Positions 38,918 through 52,400 of a stretch of DNA of 64,000 bases are shown in pieces. Location of the stretch: NCBI RefSeq assembly GCF_018350175.1, contig NC_058368.1:104968001-105032000 (forward strand), in the 5' to 3' direction. Numbering within the stretch: position 1 is the stretch's first letter; each line of letters opens with the position of its first letter. Source of the DNA: Felis catus. Its lineage: Eukaryota. A program made the translations under genes and the position numbers. The notes below the pieces were generated by a model. The model saw only the letters and a program-made list of their open reading frames with translations, was not told where the DNA came from and did not search any database.

Positions 38918-39137
38918 CAGAGGTCACAAAACAAGACCAATGGGTGAAATCCAGCCAGCTTTCTGGTTTTGTAAATAACATTTTCCTGGAAGATAGCCAT
39001 GCCCATTCAGTTACGTATGGCTGATGGCTGCTTTCACACTATAATAGCAGAGTTGACCGGTTGCCACACAGACCTTTCATCTTGCGGAACCTAAAATATT
39101 TATTGTCTGGCTATTGACAGAAGGTTGCTGACCCCCA
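38918..39137. mobile_element. MER58A-like hAT-Charlie MITE within an older LTR relic (about 38580-39420)
   Basis: cagaggtc...ttttgtaaataa...gcagagttga...cctaaaatatttattgtctggc...ttgctgacccc. Confidence 0.85.
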
Positions 39138-39419
39138 GAGCAGAGTAATAGAAAAGAACTCCTTGAGGTCACACTTAGCCCAGAAACTGTTCTCTTCTCC
39201 TTAAGAACAGGTACTTGTTTCTTGCTATTATTCTCTTTTTCCCACCCAAGAACAGAAAGAAAATTTTTCTCCGGCAAGTACAGCAATTAGTTTTCAAAAA
39301 TCATGAGCTAGGTTTCCTGATGTCTTAGGATTTGCATGGGTCCTCGCAATAGCCAATAGTAACAGCAAGAAGCTATGGTCGGAGAAACAGAATTCTTGAG
39401 GATTAACACTGATTCACAC

Positions 39420-39625
39420 CAACAGCATGCACTAGAGGTCAGATTCTGTCTTAACTCCCCACAAAATCCCATGAAGTGTATTCTGTAATTGTTGCCACGT
39501 TATACGTGAGGCACTGAGAGTTGAAGAAATGCCCCCGGTTTATACAGCCGGGGCAGTGATCACTGAAAGCCAGGCCGTGGGACTCCAGAGTCCACACTGT
39601 CAGTCAGCACATGGGGCTGCCTCCT
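39420..39625 (-). mobile_element. MIR relic
   Basis: gaggcactgagagttgaagaaatgcccccggtttatacagc...gactccagagtcc. Confidence 0.6.
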
Positions 39626-41912
39626 GAACTGCAATGCCAACTGAACAAATGCAGAAAGAGGCTAAGAACTATTCGCACTCTGGGATGTGGCTCAGCACTA
39701 AACATGTGACATGCGCAGAACAGGAGCAAAGGGCCTTCCCATGACCAGAAGAGGAACAGAGCACAGAGGAAGTGAGGAACAGAAAATAAACATTTCCCTT
39801 AGAGGCCCCTCGCTGAAGGTTCAAGCAAGATCCTGCCGAGGAGGCTTTGGAAGGGAACGTGTGAACCACATCAACATCAGCCAGCATGAGTGCCATGGAA
39901 CACGCACCCCAGAACTCACGCCATAGGAAAATGGGCCTCTGGTCATCTCTGTTGCGGAAATACCCACATACGTACACTAACCCGCTCAGGGAGATCCCCA
40001 GTGCCAATGTTATGAAACTTCAAGAAAGTCTACACGAAAGACATCTGCTCATTTGACCCAGTATTTACTGATTGTATTTGACTGCTGTGTATTCTTTGCA
40101 GGTATGTCTGGTGTCTGTAAATATCCCAAAGAACAAATTTTTGATCCATTTTATTGTACAATTTAAATGTGTCATTTACATGCTTAGCAATACGATTGGT
40201 TCTATAGCCTGTAATGTGAAACTATTGCCTCTTAAGGTAACTTTCTTGGTTATTTTTTATGATGGTAGTAAAAGAACCCTTCTAAGTCAATTAAAATATG
40301 AATCTGAAGTAAATGGATCTCTGGGGATCAGATGGACTGACGACTGAACTCGGTGAGCTTCCTTGCCAGAAGATGCAGTCTAAAGTCCGCTCATGGGAGG
40401 GCCTGCATCATTCTCTCATTGCCACAGTGGCATCGTAAGTAGGATTGTAATGATATACTATAATATACCAAAGAGTTAAATTGTGCAGAACAACTAAGTA
40501 GAGAATCAGAGACAGAAAAAAACCCTGCAGATAGTACAAGTGATAAACTCAAAGAAATTTAAAGATGGAAGCTGTCGACATGGCATGGATGAAGGCTGAC
40601 AGGAGAGGGTGCATGGGAGGATGGGACACCTGATCTGGACCTTAAAGCGTCTAGTGGATGTGGGCAGTGGGGAGATGATGGGAGTGGGGGTCTCACTCCA
40701 GCAGGAGCAGAGGTAGCCCTAGGGCTGGGGCTGGAACATGGAGGGTGTCAGCTGTAGCTGGTGGGATCTGAGAGGTGAAGTAGCTGGTGTACGGAAGACC
40801 TTAAAAATCTTGCAGAGCCGTGTGGCTTAAATTCAGCTGTTAACACTGTATATTTCTGAAGACGGCCCAAGTGTGTGTCATCTGACATTGATCTTTCAGG
40901 CTAAAGCATAAAAATGGATTGGCAGGGAGGAAGCTAAGGGAGGAAGTAGAATTTCCTTATTACAGAGAAGAGCCAATTAAGGATGATTGATTTGAGTTCC
41001 ATCCTTCCAAGAGGGCTAACTTCCAAATTACCAAAGTCAGAGTCATTGATGTTATTCTTTGGAAATGTCCGTAGACATGGATTCTATAAGCAACTATAAT
41101 TGACTGACTGTTGAATCACTATTACAATTAAGAAGATGATTTGCTTGCTTTAAAAAAAAAATAACATGTGTGCCTATCAAAGGACTATAACCATGTATAT
41201 TATTTGTTTATCACAGTACATTTGGAAAATACAGAAAAATCCATGGAAGAAAATAAATCAAGCACAGTCAGAAATGGTTGTATATTTTGGGACTATTTCC
41301 TGGAAACAATGTGGTGGGGCCTGAGTGAGGTGATGTAGGTTCCAGCAGACATGGCAGGGCTCAGCCATCACTGAAAGGATGCACTGAGGGGAGAGGAGCA
41401 GGGGTGGACATGTGGGGGAGGTCATGTGGGTGCTCATCTGTCTTGCTCATAAGCACATGTGAGTTAGGGTCAAAGGCTCTTGCCAGGTTTGGGCCATTTC
41501 CATGACATTTCATTCTCAAGGGCAGGTCAACTGCCATCATCTCATTAATGTGACCCTTTCTCATTTGCCACCCAAATTGTGTCTATCAACCCCTGGTCTA
41601 AGATCTAGCCCAAGTCAATAGCATGTATAAAAGACACTTCCGCTTTCCACAAGTCTTGAAACATAACGTCTATAGTGAAGGTGTCTGAAGGAGGGTTGCA
41701 TCACGTAAGGGAAGACTGAAATGCCTGGAAACCTCTTTACCTGGTCCACTCTGTGAGGCCCCACCCTGCCCAGGAGTAGCTCTTTCAAAGCTCTCCCAAC
41801 AGTCTACAAATCTCCGGGACATGCTGGCTTTCTCTCCAGTGCTCTAGATACTTACACTTGCTTCCTCCTCTCCCTGATGTTTCTGGAAATTTTCCTTTTC
41901 AGAGAACTTGTG

Positions 41913-41913
<1 letters not shown>

Positions 41914-41971
<58 letters not shown>

Positions 41972-42062
41972 GCCTTTCTGCCTTTCTGCCTTTCTGCCTT
42001 TCTGCCTTTCTTTGTCTTTTTATCCTTCCTTCCTTCTTCCCTTCCCTTCCCTTCCCTTCCCT
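41914..42062. repeat. (TTTC)n/(TGCCTTTC)n/(CCCTT)n compound pyrimidine repeat
   Basis: Directly visible. Confidence 0.92.
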
Positions 42063-42176
42063 CTTTGAATTTATGTGAATATGAAGTGTCTCTAAGCACT
42101 TTTCTTCACTTTACCTATTGCCCTTAGAGTTCAAAGCTGAGCAGTTCAAAGATTCTTCCTTAGAAAGTTGAGGAGG

Positions 42177-42956
42177 TCATCAGGGAAATACAAACCAAAA
42201 CCACACTGAGATACCACCTCATGCCAGTCAGAGTGGCTAAAATGAACAAATCAGGAGACTATAGATGCTGGAGAGGATGGGGAGAAACGGGAACCCTCTT
42301 GCCCTGTTGGTGGGAATGCAAACTGGTGCAGCCACTCTGGAAAACAGTGTGGAGGTTCCTCAAAACATTAAAAATAGATCTACCCTATGACCCAGCAGTA
42401 GCACTGCTAGGAATTTACCCAAGGGATACAGGAGTGCTGATGCCTAGGGGCACTTGTACCCCAATGTTTATAGCAGCACTCTCAACAATAGCCAAATTAT
42501 GGAAAGAGCCTAAATGTCCATCAACTGACAAATGGATAAAGAAGATGTGGTTTATATATACAAAGGAATACCACTTGGCAATAAGAAAGAATGAAATCTG
42601 GCCATTTGTAGCAATGTGGATGGAACTAGAGAGTGTTATGCTAAGTGAAATAAGCCATACAGAGAAAGACAGATACCATATGTTTTCACTCCTATGTGGA
42701 TCCTGAGAAACTCAACAGAAGACCAGTGGGGAGGAGAAGGGGGGAGAGAAAAGTTACAGAGAGGGAAGGAGGCAAAACATAAGAGACTCTTAAATACTGA
42801 GAATAAACTGAGGGTTGATGGGGGGTGGGGGAGAGGGGAAAGTGCATGATGGACATTAAGGAGGGCACCTGTTGGGATGAGCACTGGATGTTGTATGGAA
42901 ATGAATTTGACAATAAATTTCATATTAAAAAAAGAAAAAAAAGAAAAGAAAAGAAA
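42177..42956 (+). mobile_element. Young 5'-truncated carnivore/felid L1 (ORF2 C-terminus + 3'UTR + A-tail)
   Basis: Uninterrupted ORF 42221-42706 ([33 protein letters not shown]...) matches the L1 ORF2 C-terminus; 15-bp TSD agaaag(t/c)tgaggagg at 42162-42176 / 42957-42971. Confidence 0.97.
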
Positions 42957-43534
42957 AGAAAGCTGAGGAGGGCAAAAGGTAGTGACTAACTATGTTTCCA
43001 TAGTCTTGTACCTGTCACAGAAACAGGTGGAGGTGGTCCATATTATTAATAGGCTGGAACTCTTTAATCCAGATTATCTACAGATTAACTCCAGGCAAAG
43101 AAGATCTCTGGAAAGTAGAAAGCTGATTACTGCTAGTAAATAAGCTGACTCTAAACTCTGCTCAATGCCTGAAAAAACCTCTGACTTCAAACTAGTTGGT
43201 TCCTTTGTTGATGTTTTCTGCCACTTAGAAGCACAGGCTTGGACACACTGATTTATAAGATGAAAAGACTCACACCAGGTCTGGGGCAACTTGCTTTTCA
43301 TATGGTTGTAATTTTCTGTAAAACTTTTCAGAAACTCCTGGGGGTTATTTGAGGGCTGAAATGATTACTTCTCAGCCTTAATATTCTTTCAGTCGCTATT
43401 CTCATCACACCCAAAGGAGGACCATATCAGGTGCACGGTCCAGGTCCCTGTATTAGTGTTATGACAGTTAAAGATGGCTGGGTATGGTCTCACTTTTGAA
43501 AAAGTCTGTGAGTCTCTCTTGCATTGGAAGGGAA

Positions 43535-43758
43535 TTTTTTTTTTTAAGTTTTTTCACTTTTGAGAGAGAGAGAGAGAGACAGAGCGTGAGCAGGGGAGGG
43601 GAAGAGAAGAGAGAGAGAGGCAGATACAGAATCTGAAGCAGACTCCAGGCTCTGACCTGTTAGCACAGAACCCGACACGGGGCTTGAACTCACAAACCGC
43701 GAGATCATGACTTAGCCGAAGTCGGATGCTTAACCAACTGAGTGACCCAGGCGCCCCT
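43535..43758 (-). mobile_element. CanSINE
   Basis: Reverse SINE; degenerate TSD ttgg(a/t)agggaa. Confidence 0.94.
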
Positions 43759-44077
43759 ATGTTGGTAGGGAAATCTTTATCTCCTATTATTTCTTAGGTC
43801 TATGGATCTGCTCTCATTTATGCCTCTCCTTGTCCCTCTGTCTGTCCTGCAGTTGTATATACTCCTAGCTGCATGTACTGATGTCTTCTCTATTGTGGAG
43901 CTTTGCCCAGCCTTGTCTTTGTGGTTTCTTTGAGAATCTTTTGAGCACAGAATGCAACCCTCCCCTTCTGCCATACAAGATGAAGTCTTGTATGACCCAA
44001 AGATGGGTCTGTGCTGTCCCAGTGGAGCCTCCAACCACAGAATAAAAGATGAGGTGCTAAGTACGTTAGATCCCATT

Positions 44078-45054
44078 TGTTAAGGAGATGGCAGACGCTC
44101 TGTGAAATAGACCAAGAATTCAGACATTTTCTTTGCAGGCAGTTCAAAGTGCTGTTGTATTTCTCTTCTCCCTCCCTCCCTCACCCCAAGTTTTGCTATG
44201 GAAAAGGGGAGAATTTACCCCGTAAGCCAAGTGAAGGGAGCTTCGAGGGAGCACGCAAATAGTGGTCTTTGTGTCTCGCACAGCCTGTCCCCAGGCTTGA
44301 CTCTCTGGCTAGGTCAGCCTGGATGTGGCAGAGGAACTGGAGGGTGTGCCTCCTGGAGAGGGAAGGAGCTGGAAGGGTAGAAGTAATGGTTTCCCTGGAT
44401 CAGTTCTGGGCCTCACATGAGAGAGCCAGCCTGCCCACAAGGATAGTCCGGATGAGTAAAAGGACCCTAAGGAGGTATAGACCTCTGAAGCCCAGAGGTC
44501 AACGGGGTGATAGGTGGCCAGGAAAAAGGCACCATGGCCAAAGGCTCCAGCTAGATTTTCCTAGGAACCTGTTGACATACCTACCAGAAAGAAGCCAACC
44601 TCAGATATGCCCCCTGCCTAAAGGGCACTGACACCAATTTATATCTGTGCCTTCTCTCTCTCCTCTACCCTTGGGCCTAGTCACGGAGCAATGAGAAACA
44701 GAAACGGCGGGGGAGAGATGGGAGGACAAGAGAGAAGAGGCCCAACATTTGCCCCTCTCCTTCCTCATGGCAGAATTCCAGGGTAGAACAGAACCGGATG
44801 GAGGGATAAGGAGAGGCTTTAACTCTGAATGAGTATGGAGTTTTGTTATTCTCCTAGAACAGACTGACCTCTATAATTTTCAGCTGGACTGGACTTAATA
44901 ATGTGTGAAGGTAACCAGAGAACTTTTATTATGTAAGCATTATTGGAAACCAGAGACATCCCTAAAATTTTATTTCAGGATCGGGAGACAGCAGGTGAGG
45001 GAGTTTAATCGGCAGAGAAAAATAAAAGGAAATTGGTTTCTAGATCAGTTAACA
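44078..45054 (+). mobile_element. Probable ancient long LTR (MamGypLTR-like)
   Basis: TGTTAA...TTAACA ends; AATAAA at 45021; gagaggcttt...ggagtttt...ctggactggactt motif recalled from mammalian Gypsy LTRs. Confidence 0.4.
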
Positions 45055-46680
45055 AGCTCGTTCCATGACCTGAACACACATTGAGACTGTGTGGCTTTGG
45101 GGTTCCAAGGAAAAGGTCGACTGCCAATGACCGGTGATGGTATTTGACTAACTTGCATTCTCTCTGAGACAGGGTCTGTAAATTGCTTAGCAGAGCGATG
45201 CAGCAGAATCTCTATAAACAATAGTATTAGTATGCTAGTTATCTTTAATGGTTATTACAGGGCATCTGCCTTAAGACATCTCCAACTAGACTCTCAACCA
45301 GCAGCTGAAGATGCAGAGAAATCAGGCCTCCAAAGAGATATCTCTGCAACCATCCATCCCCAGGGTAAGGAGGGGTGGGGACTCTACCAGCTGGGGCTTC
45401 CCTGGGAAAGTGGTTCAAGTGATGAGTTAGACTCCCGGGAGGTACCATACAGAAGGATTGGGCTATCTTGATTTGGAATCTCTAGTTCATAGTCAGTGGT
45501 GGCTCAAATTATTAACCTGTCTGAACTTCAGTTTTCTCATGCTTAAAAATCCCAAAATAATGAGTACCTACTCTAGGGGGATTAATACCTACTTAACTGG
45601 GTTGTTGTGGTACACTGTGGATATTCCATTTATTTGCTTCTTTCTCCTTCACTTAGCTGTGTGTCTCTTTTCATTCTTAATACCCAGCATTCTTGAACTT
45701 TCCTGCTCTGTGCCCTGTTTCCTCTACTTATTTGGGAAAGTAGTCTAGTAAACTAATCTCTAATGGTAGAAAGGAGTGGCAACTGCTTAGACTGGAGATT
45801 ACCTTTTAACAGAAGTATGTGGAAGATGAAAAGTAGAGAAGAAATCTCAGATCCTGAACTTTCCCACTGGTGTCACCCTGATGGCACAGGGTTAGGGTTG
45901 GAAGGACCACATTAAGCACCCCCATGAGGTTGGTGCTCCACAGATGGCAAACCTTTTTCCCAATGTGGGAATTTAGCTCTTACTTACAGTTGATGACAGC
46001 TGCCTCTTCTGTAAGCCTCCGAGCCTGGCACTGAGCTGGGAGCCTTGCGTCAGGATCTTTCTGCATCTTTGCAACATCCAGAGGGGAGGTAGGGTTGCCT
46101 CAGAGAGGTGCCTATTCAAACGTGAAACCAGACAGACTTCAAAGTAGTCCTTCAACCCTGTCACAACCCCATGAGAAGACGGTACTGGAGTGATTCAAGC
46201 AATACACGTGTGGGTGGGGAAAGCAAAAAGATGAAAGCTTTGCAAAGAGGAGCAGAGGGGGCTGGGGAAAAAGACGAGAAGTCCCAAACTTAAAATGCTT
46301 GAGATTGTCCTTGAACTCATTATCTTCCTTCCTTGTGAGCTAATACCCATTTCTGTTGGATCAGCACACAAGCTACTTTCCACAAATCTGCCAGGTACTC
46401 GACTGGTGACAAGAGGTCAAAGCGTAATGCATGCGCACACTCTTTAATCTGGAGCTGGCATTTGGTGGTGTTTGAGGGGACTTAACTTTAATTAATTGAC
46501 TCCTTAGGAATAGAGCTGACAGTTTTCCCCTCATGGATTTAAGAAAGTTGACATTTTTTCCTCAAAGAACTCTACAGTGCTCTAAATCCCTGGGCCTGTG
46601 GAGAAGGCTATTATAAAATAGACATCTTCTCTTTTAGAGGGTCTCTCTCTTCACACAGCAAACACGGCGTTACTCATCTG

Positions 46681-47227
46681 TGTGGGAAAGTGTAGGTCCT
46701 AAAGGAAAATCAAAAGGATATTTGGTGATGAAGCAAGGGCAAAATGAAAATATCATAACTGAGGGGTGGCCCCGGATCATTCCACCTCCTCGTCATCAGG
46801 AAGCTTTTAGGTGGCTTCTCCCTGTGTCCAAGGGAGAAGCACTGAAGTCAGACAGGGAAAAAGCTAATGAGCTCTTGGGGATGAGGAACCCGCAACAGAG
46901 GCCTCCAGAGCTGGCGTTGATGGAACGTAGCTCCCTCAGTGGGCACAGCACCAGCTTTGATGTGGCTTTGCTGGGAACCACCAGTGGCTTTGTCATATGC
47001 TAGGACCTGGCCAGGTGGGAGGCAGTGTGGCACGCTGGTGTTGCAGGCATTGATGTTGCTGACTGACGACGGGTTGCAGTTGGAACTAGGGCTTTGGATC
47101 AGCCACAACAAGAGAAAGTTTTGTGGTGAAGAGCCAGAAAGAGCTGTGATTGTTGAGAGAAGCAAAACCCGAATATTCAAAGAAGTGTTTCACCAAACAT
47201 GTGTAGGAACCCCTGAGAATTCCCACA
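46681..47227. mobile_element. Possible ancient LTR or element with 8-bp inverted ends
   Basis: TGTGGGAA ... TTCCCACA perfect inverted termini about 550 bp apart; family not recognised. Confidence 0.3.
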
Positions 47228-47948
47228 GGTGTCATGCTACATTTTGAGGGGAGAGGTACTCGAGTTCCCACAGACCTAGTGGAGCTGAATCAGAGAACTG
47301 TGTAATAATGCTATTTTAAGACTCCTGCTACTTACTCCTGGTTGATGCGTTATGGGGAATCAAGTCTGTGTGTGTTGGGATAGTGGGTCTATATTGTTGA
47401 TGGCAGGCCATGAATCCCGGTAGGTCAGGAAGTCGGTGGGCCCTGGAGTAGGAGGATGGAGAGATCTAATGTGGTTATTGACCTTCCCTTGGCTTTACGG
47501 AGCCTGGACTGTCGTCAGCGCCTCCGATTCGGTAGATCCTGGCCTATCACCATGCGTGTAGTAAAGCAGAACTGGGCACTCATTTTCCAAGGAGTGTTTC
47601 CTAATTAAGCCATAGTAGTAAGTGCCGTTTGGGTGGAGGATGCAATCCTGGGAAGAACATGTATTGGAAGATTGGACACCTCTGCCCCAGCTGCTTTACC
47701 ATCTTGAGTGACCTTGGGAAAGTGACAGAGTTTGTGTGTGGGGTGGGGAACTGTGTCTCTATAAAGCTATAGGTCTGAGAGCAATCTCAGCGAAATGAGA
47801 CACGAACGCTGCTCTTCCGTGAATGGGGAGAAACTCCTATCAGGTCAACATTGGCAGATGTGCTATGATTTCTCCAGCAGACAAAGACTGCATTGGCACA
47901 GTGGCAATAAAATCACTACAGCTAAAGAGAGCCACCTACTTGACTGAT

Positions 47949-48499
47949 TGCTGTAGATGAATGTTTGTATTCCCCCAAAATTCATATCTTGAAATCCTAA
48001 CTGCCAATGTGATAATAGTTGGAGGTGGGGGCCTTTGAGCGGTGATTCATTCCCTTATAATAGAGACCTCTGAAAGTTCCCTTGATATATCCACCATGTA
48101 AGGACACAGCAAGAAGACAGCCTTCTACGAACCAGGAAGAGAGCCTTCACCAGACACCAAATCTACCAGGGCCTTGAGCTTGGAATTCTCAGCCTATGAG
48201 AAACAAGTGTACCTATGTATGTATGTGTGTAGGTATGTATGTATTTGAGAGAGAAAGAGAGAGAGGGAGAGAGAGAAAGCACATGCAAGCAGGGGCACAG
48301 GGAGAGAGAAAGAGAATCTCAGGCAGACTCCATGCTCAGCACAGACACCGATGCGGGGCTCAATCCCATGACCCTGGGCCAAAATCAAGAGTCAGATAGT
48401 CAACCAACTGAGTCACCCATCCACCTAAATAAGTGTTTGTGTTTTAAGCCATATAGTCTATGGTATTTTTTCTTACAACAGCCTGATCAGACTAAGACT
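47949..48499 (+). mobile_element. MaLR solo LTR (MLT1A-like) with an internal SINE
   Basis: gaatgtttgtattcccccaaaattcatat...gaaccaggaagagagccttcaccagacaccaaatct...cagactaagac. Confidence 0.88.
48215..48425 (-). mobile_element. Older CanSINE inside the MLT1A-like LTR
   Basis: Reverse SINE; TSD-like aaa(c/t)aagtgt. Confidence 0.85.
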
Positions 48500-49639
48500 C
48501 TGACCAAGGAGGGTGTTCTATTTTCTCTCCTGGAAGAGTTGGTCATCAAAACTGGCCCATTGGACTCATCAAATGCCTCTGAGTCTTGGGAAAGAAAGAC
48601 CACAGGAATGGAAGAAATACTTTCCCCCACAGGTGGATTGGGGGTTAGGGAAACTTAATTTGAATATTAAAAAGAATGGCACCTTATTTTGGTTCCCTAG
48701 TTAGTAATGTAGGACAGACAATTCCATATTACACTGTGCAGATTGTTGGGAAGCCAAAAAATTGGTGTTCCCATTCAATGGCCACTTGTTTTTAGTGGTG
48801 ATATAATGGCTTCAAGAAAACTTTGAAAAACTAGAGAAATCAGTAGTCCCTGCTGGAAGCCAGGCTCATGTAAAGCTATGGAAGAGCCTGCAAACACAGG
48901 ATACACAAGTAAGAAAATAAGCCCGAAGCTTGTCTTCATGAATTAGTTATAAATGCCTGAAGTGGAAACTAGAACCTGTTTTGAAAAATAAGAAAGTCCT
49001 GTGGTTTGAATCATTGAGCTGTCTCCATACCATCAGATTCTAGCAGTGATCTCTGAATTCCATCTTTCTCTTCACAGTCTTTGTGAAATGATGAATCATT
49101 TTGGAAAAAAGACACCTGGATAAAATAAGAGATGAAACAACAAATAAAACATGAAATATTTGCTTTCAGGAAAAATGGAACAAATCTCATAAGCACCTTC
49201 AAATCTCATAAGCTTTTCTGTAAAAAGTCTTCTTTCTTAAACAGTCATAGCAGAATTCTATCTAAATTCTGCCGTGTATCCAAGACCACGACTTAGGAAC
49301 GGGTGTGGTCTTGTTTCAAGTGTTTCATTGCTAATGGCTTCATTTTTAACATTCTACAGACACATCATAGAGTGAAAGCTTCCCAAACCAGAATAGGTTT
49401 TTGGCAAGCAAATTAGATCATGCCCAGCAAGGATCAGCGTGAGTACAAGATGCCTTAAAGACTGGCAGGGAAACCATTTTAGAGTACAGGTAAGAGTCAG
49501 TTGGTTAGAAATTTTGTTCATGTCATTGTGAGAATCAGTGAATCTTTAATTATTATTGCTGTCTACTGAGAAAACCAGGGAATTACAGTACCTTAGAGCC
49601 TGACTTCACCTTCCTTTTCCATGGTAATTAACCCTTGAC

Positions 49640-50055
49640 TAAGTCCGGTCTTGGTTCAGGTTATCTGGAGACTGTCCTTGAAATGGAGATTCGTGTGTAG
49701 TAGTTTATTGAGGCAGACGTTCAGGCATAATACCTGTAAGGTAGTGAGGGAAGCAAGACTGAGCCAGGGAAGAAGTTGGATGGATACAGTTGCAACCAAA
49801 ATCTTAACCTACCCACCAAGGAACTCTGGAGCTGTGACGACCCTTCTGTGTGACCAGAATTAATGCAAGGAGGCCAGAGCTTCATATCCTGAGCCAACCA
49901 GTATTGGATGTGGGCTGTCCTTTGGCTGAGGACAATTCCTGGAAAAGGACACAGCTATGAGCCCTCAGCAGACAATATTCCTCTCACCTTGGGGAATGAG
50001 TTCTTTGGTTCTAAATGGGATGCAGAGAAATGGAGGCAGAATCTCATCACTATGC
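49640..50055 (-). mobile_element. ERVL LTR16-like relic
   Basis: gagattcgtgtgtagtagtttattgagg...gaactctggagctg...cagtattggatgtgggctg. Confidence 0.65.
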
Positions 50056-50119
50056 TATATAGATCTATTGCAAGGCCCCTTATTGAACAGGTCTCTTAAG
50101 AAAGGGAGAAGATAGTCTT

Positions 50120-50630
50120 CTTTCTGTTATCTAAAACTGTGTAACCTATTATCCCAAAACATAGTAGCTTAACACAACACAAATAATTTATTATTGCTCC
50201 TGGTTTCTATGGGTCAGGAATTCATAAATGGCTTGACCGGCAGAGGTGGGAGGGAGTAGGCTCTGCCTCAGGTTTCTTGTGTGAGTGTGGTCAGAGAGTG
50301 GGGGTTGGCCAGGCACCACTCTCTTTTCATGCAGAATCGGGGCCCCACCGTGAGGCCTCTTTGGCCAAATTTGGCCTTCCTCACAGCATGGTTTCCTGGT
50401 ACTTCTTACTGACATAGAGGCTTGGGGTTCCAGGAATGACTCTTCTAAGACAGACTGGAAGACACTGCGTTGTATTTTCTGACCTAGCCCCCGAGGTCAT
50501 GTGGCATTACATCTTCCACCTTTGATTGGTGAGAGGCCCACCCAGTTTCAAGGGAAAGAGACATAGATTCCCACCTCTGGATAGGAAGCAATAAGATCTG
50601 TAAGATCAGGTAAGGAGGGGACATTTTTGT
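50120..50630 (-). mobile_element. MaLR LTR (MLT1G/H-like)
   Basis: cccaaaacatagtagcttaacacaac...tgggtcaggaattc...cccacctctggataggaag. Confidence 0.7.
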
Positions 50631-52113
50631 GAATAATATAAAAGGTATAAAGCTTATATTTTCTGACAGTAATAAATCCAATGCAAAAGGGTTTTACGAT
50701 AGTGGTATAACTCAAATCCTTTTTTTTTTTTTTAACTATTCAATGTGTTAAGTTCAGCCTAGAATATTCTGCCAGTTGTAAGAAACTAGACATTGGCAGA
50801 TATCAAATCGAGCGTTATCATCTTCCATCAAGTACTGTATATAAGAGTATAGGAGACATTGGCTAAGCCAGGTCATTCCTGTGTCACAAAAGCCAGCTGA
50901 GTGAATTCTACATCAGTTTTTATCCATTATCACCCCGTATTTTTACGTATCACAATGCACAGGCTCCAATCTTCATTTTTTGCGGTTATGTTAGGAATTC
51001 ATGAGATCAGTACCCATGTTTTCAACACTTTGAACTTGCACTAGGACCACAGAAATACTTCGACTCCCCCTTGTCTTACTTGGTTGAAGAAACATGGTCA
51101 CCACCATGGGAACTGGGACCTCATATTTAGATTCCAAAGTGACATAAACTTTGAAATCAGACAAATTATGTTAGCTTTGACCAGGACAGACTCTTGGATT
51201 CCGATCAATGGTAATAGGTTTGTCTTTCTGAAATTTCTTTGATATTTCCCAGGAGGAACACAGAAGTACCTCCGAGTGATGCACACAAAAACCAGTCATT
51301 GTGCCTCAGAAGGGCAGCTCCGTGGGGATGGCATTCAGACACTTTCAACAGCTCTGTCATTCCCTCTGATCTCTTTCAATGCTGTTCTGAGTGACCAGGA
51401 TTACCAAAGGGGTGAAACAATTGAGGCAGGCACACAATCAGCATTTGTCTCCGGGGAACAAAAAGATTTGTTTTAGATTAGGAATCCACCAAATCATGCT
51501 TTTCCAAAAACTTGTGAACTGTTTTACTATAACATCTATTGTTTTAGATAGGAAAGGCTTTTTAGCATACAATATGTTGCCGACAAGTGTACAATGTACA
51601 ATTTAGATGATAATAAACAAGGCTCCAAATCCTTTTATGGTGCAGAGCATTTTTTTAAGCAGCATTTGGCAGTATAATCGATGTTGTTTTCACAACTTAA
51701 AGTAAAAAGCATTTGATGCAAAACCGCTGTTGCAGAATGACATTGTATTTTAGTGCTTTCTCCAAAAATGAACATCGTTAAAAATAACTTTTAAAAGAAA
51801 TGATTAAAACCCCAAAGATATAAACTTACCTTAAAGTAGTTAAATGATGGATATCTGTATATTTTAATCTACATCCCAAATTTGGAGATAATGAAATAAA
51901 AAGCAAAGAATGTTCGTGGTTGGACAAATAATTACATATTTTATTTTCTAAAGAGAGGCTTTTTCAAGTCTTTATCTCTTTGAGGCTGAAGTGACTGGTT
52001 GGAAGATGGGCTTGCATATTTATTTGAAAACCTTCAGGGCTGTTCTCCATTCAGCTTCCATTTGGCCCCAAGTCAGGGGCTCTCTGACTAAAGTTGCTGC
52101 ATTGTTACTCAGA

Positions 52114-52135
52114 ATGCTTAAAAACACAACAAAGG
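52114..52135 (+). CDS. Candidate exon A (coding part; in-frame upstream ATG at 52006, or internal acceptor at 52037)
   Basis: ATGCTTAAAAACACAACAAAGG|gtaagg. Confidence 0.4.
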
Positions 52136-52369
52136 GTAAGGCTTGGGAACCTTTTAAATTGCTGAATATTATCAGCAGGGCAAGTAAAATGTTTTGGGTG
52201 CTTCCCACAATACCTTTAAAGCTCCCTGAGGGGAAGGGGGACGTGGAAAGAGACTACAGGATGGGAAAGAAAGAGGAGACAAATGGTTCCCTGCTAGACA
52301 GGGCTAGTTGTCGCCATCTGGGGAGTGACTTAAGAACTCTTTACTGTGAGTTTGTGTGTGCGTGCCTGC

Positions 52370-52400
<31 letters not shown>

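Noticed and set aside
51826..51950. Minus-strand exon-like segment (donor at cttacc)
   Set aside because: No consistent partner exons found on the minus strand
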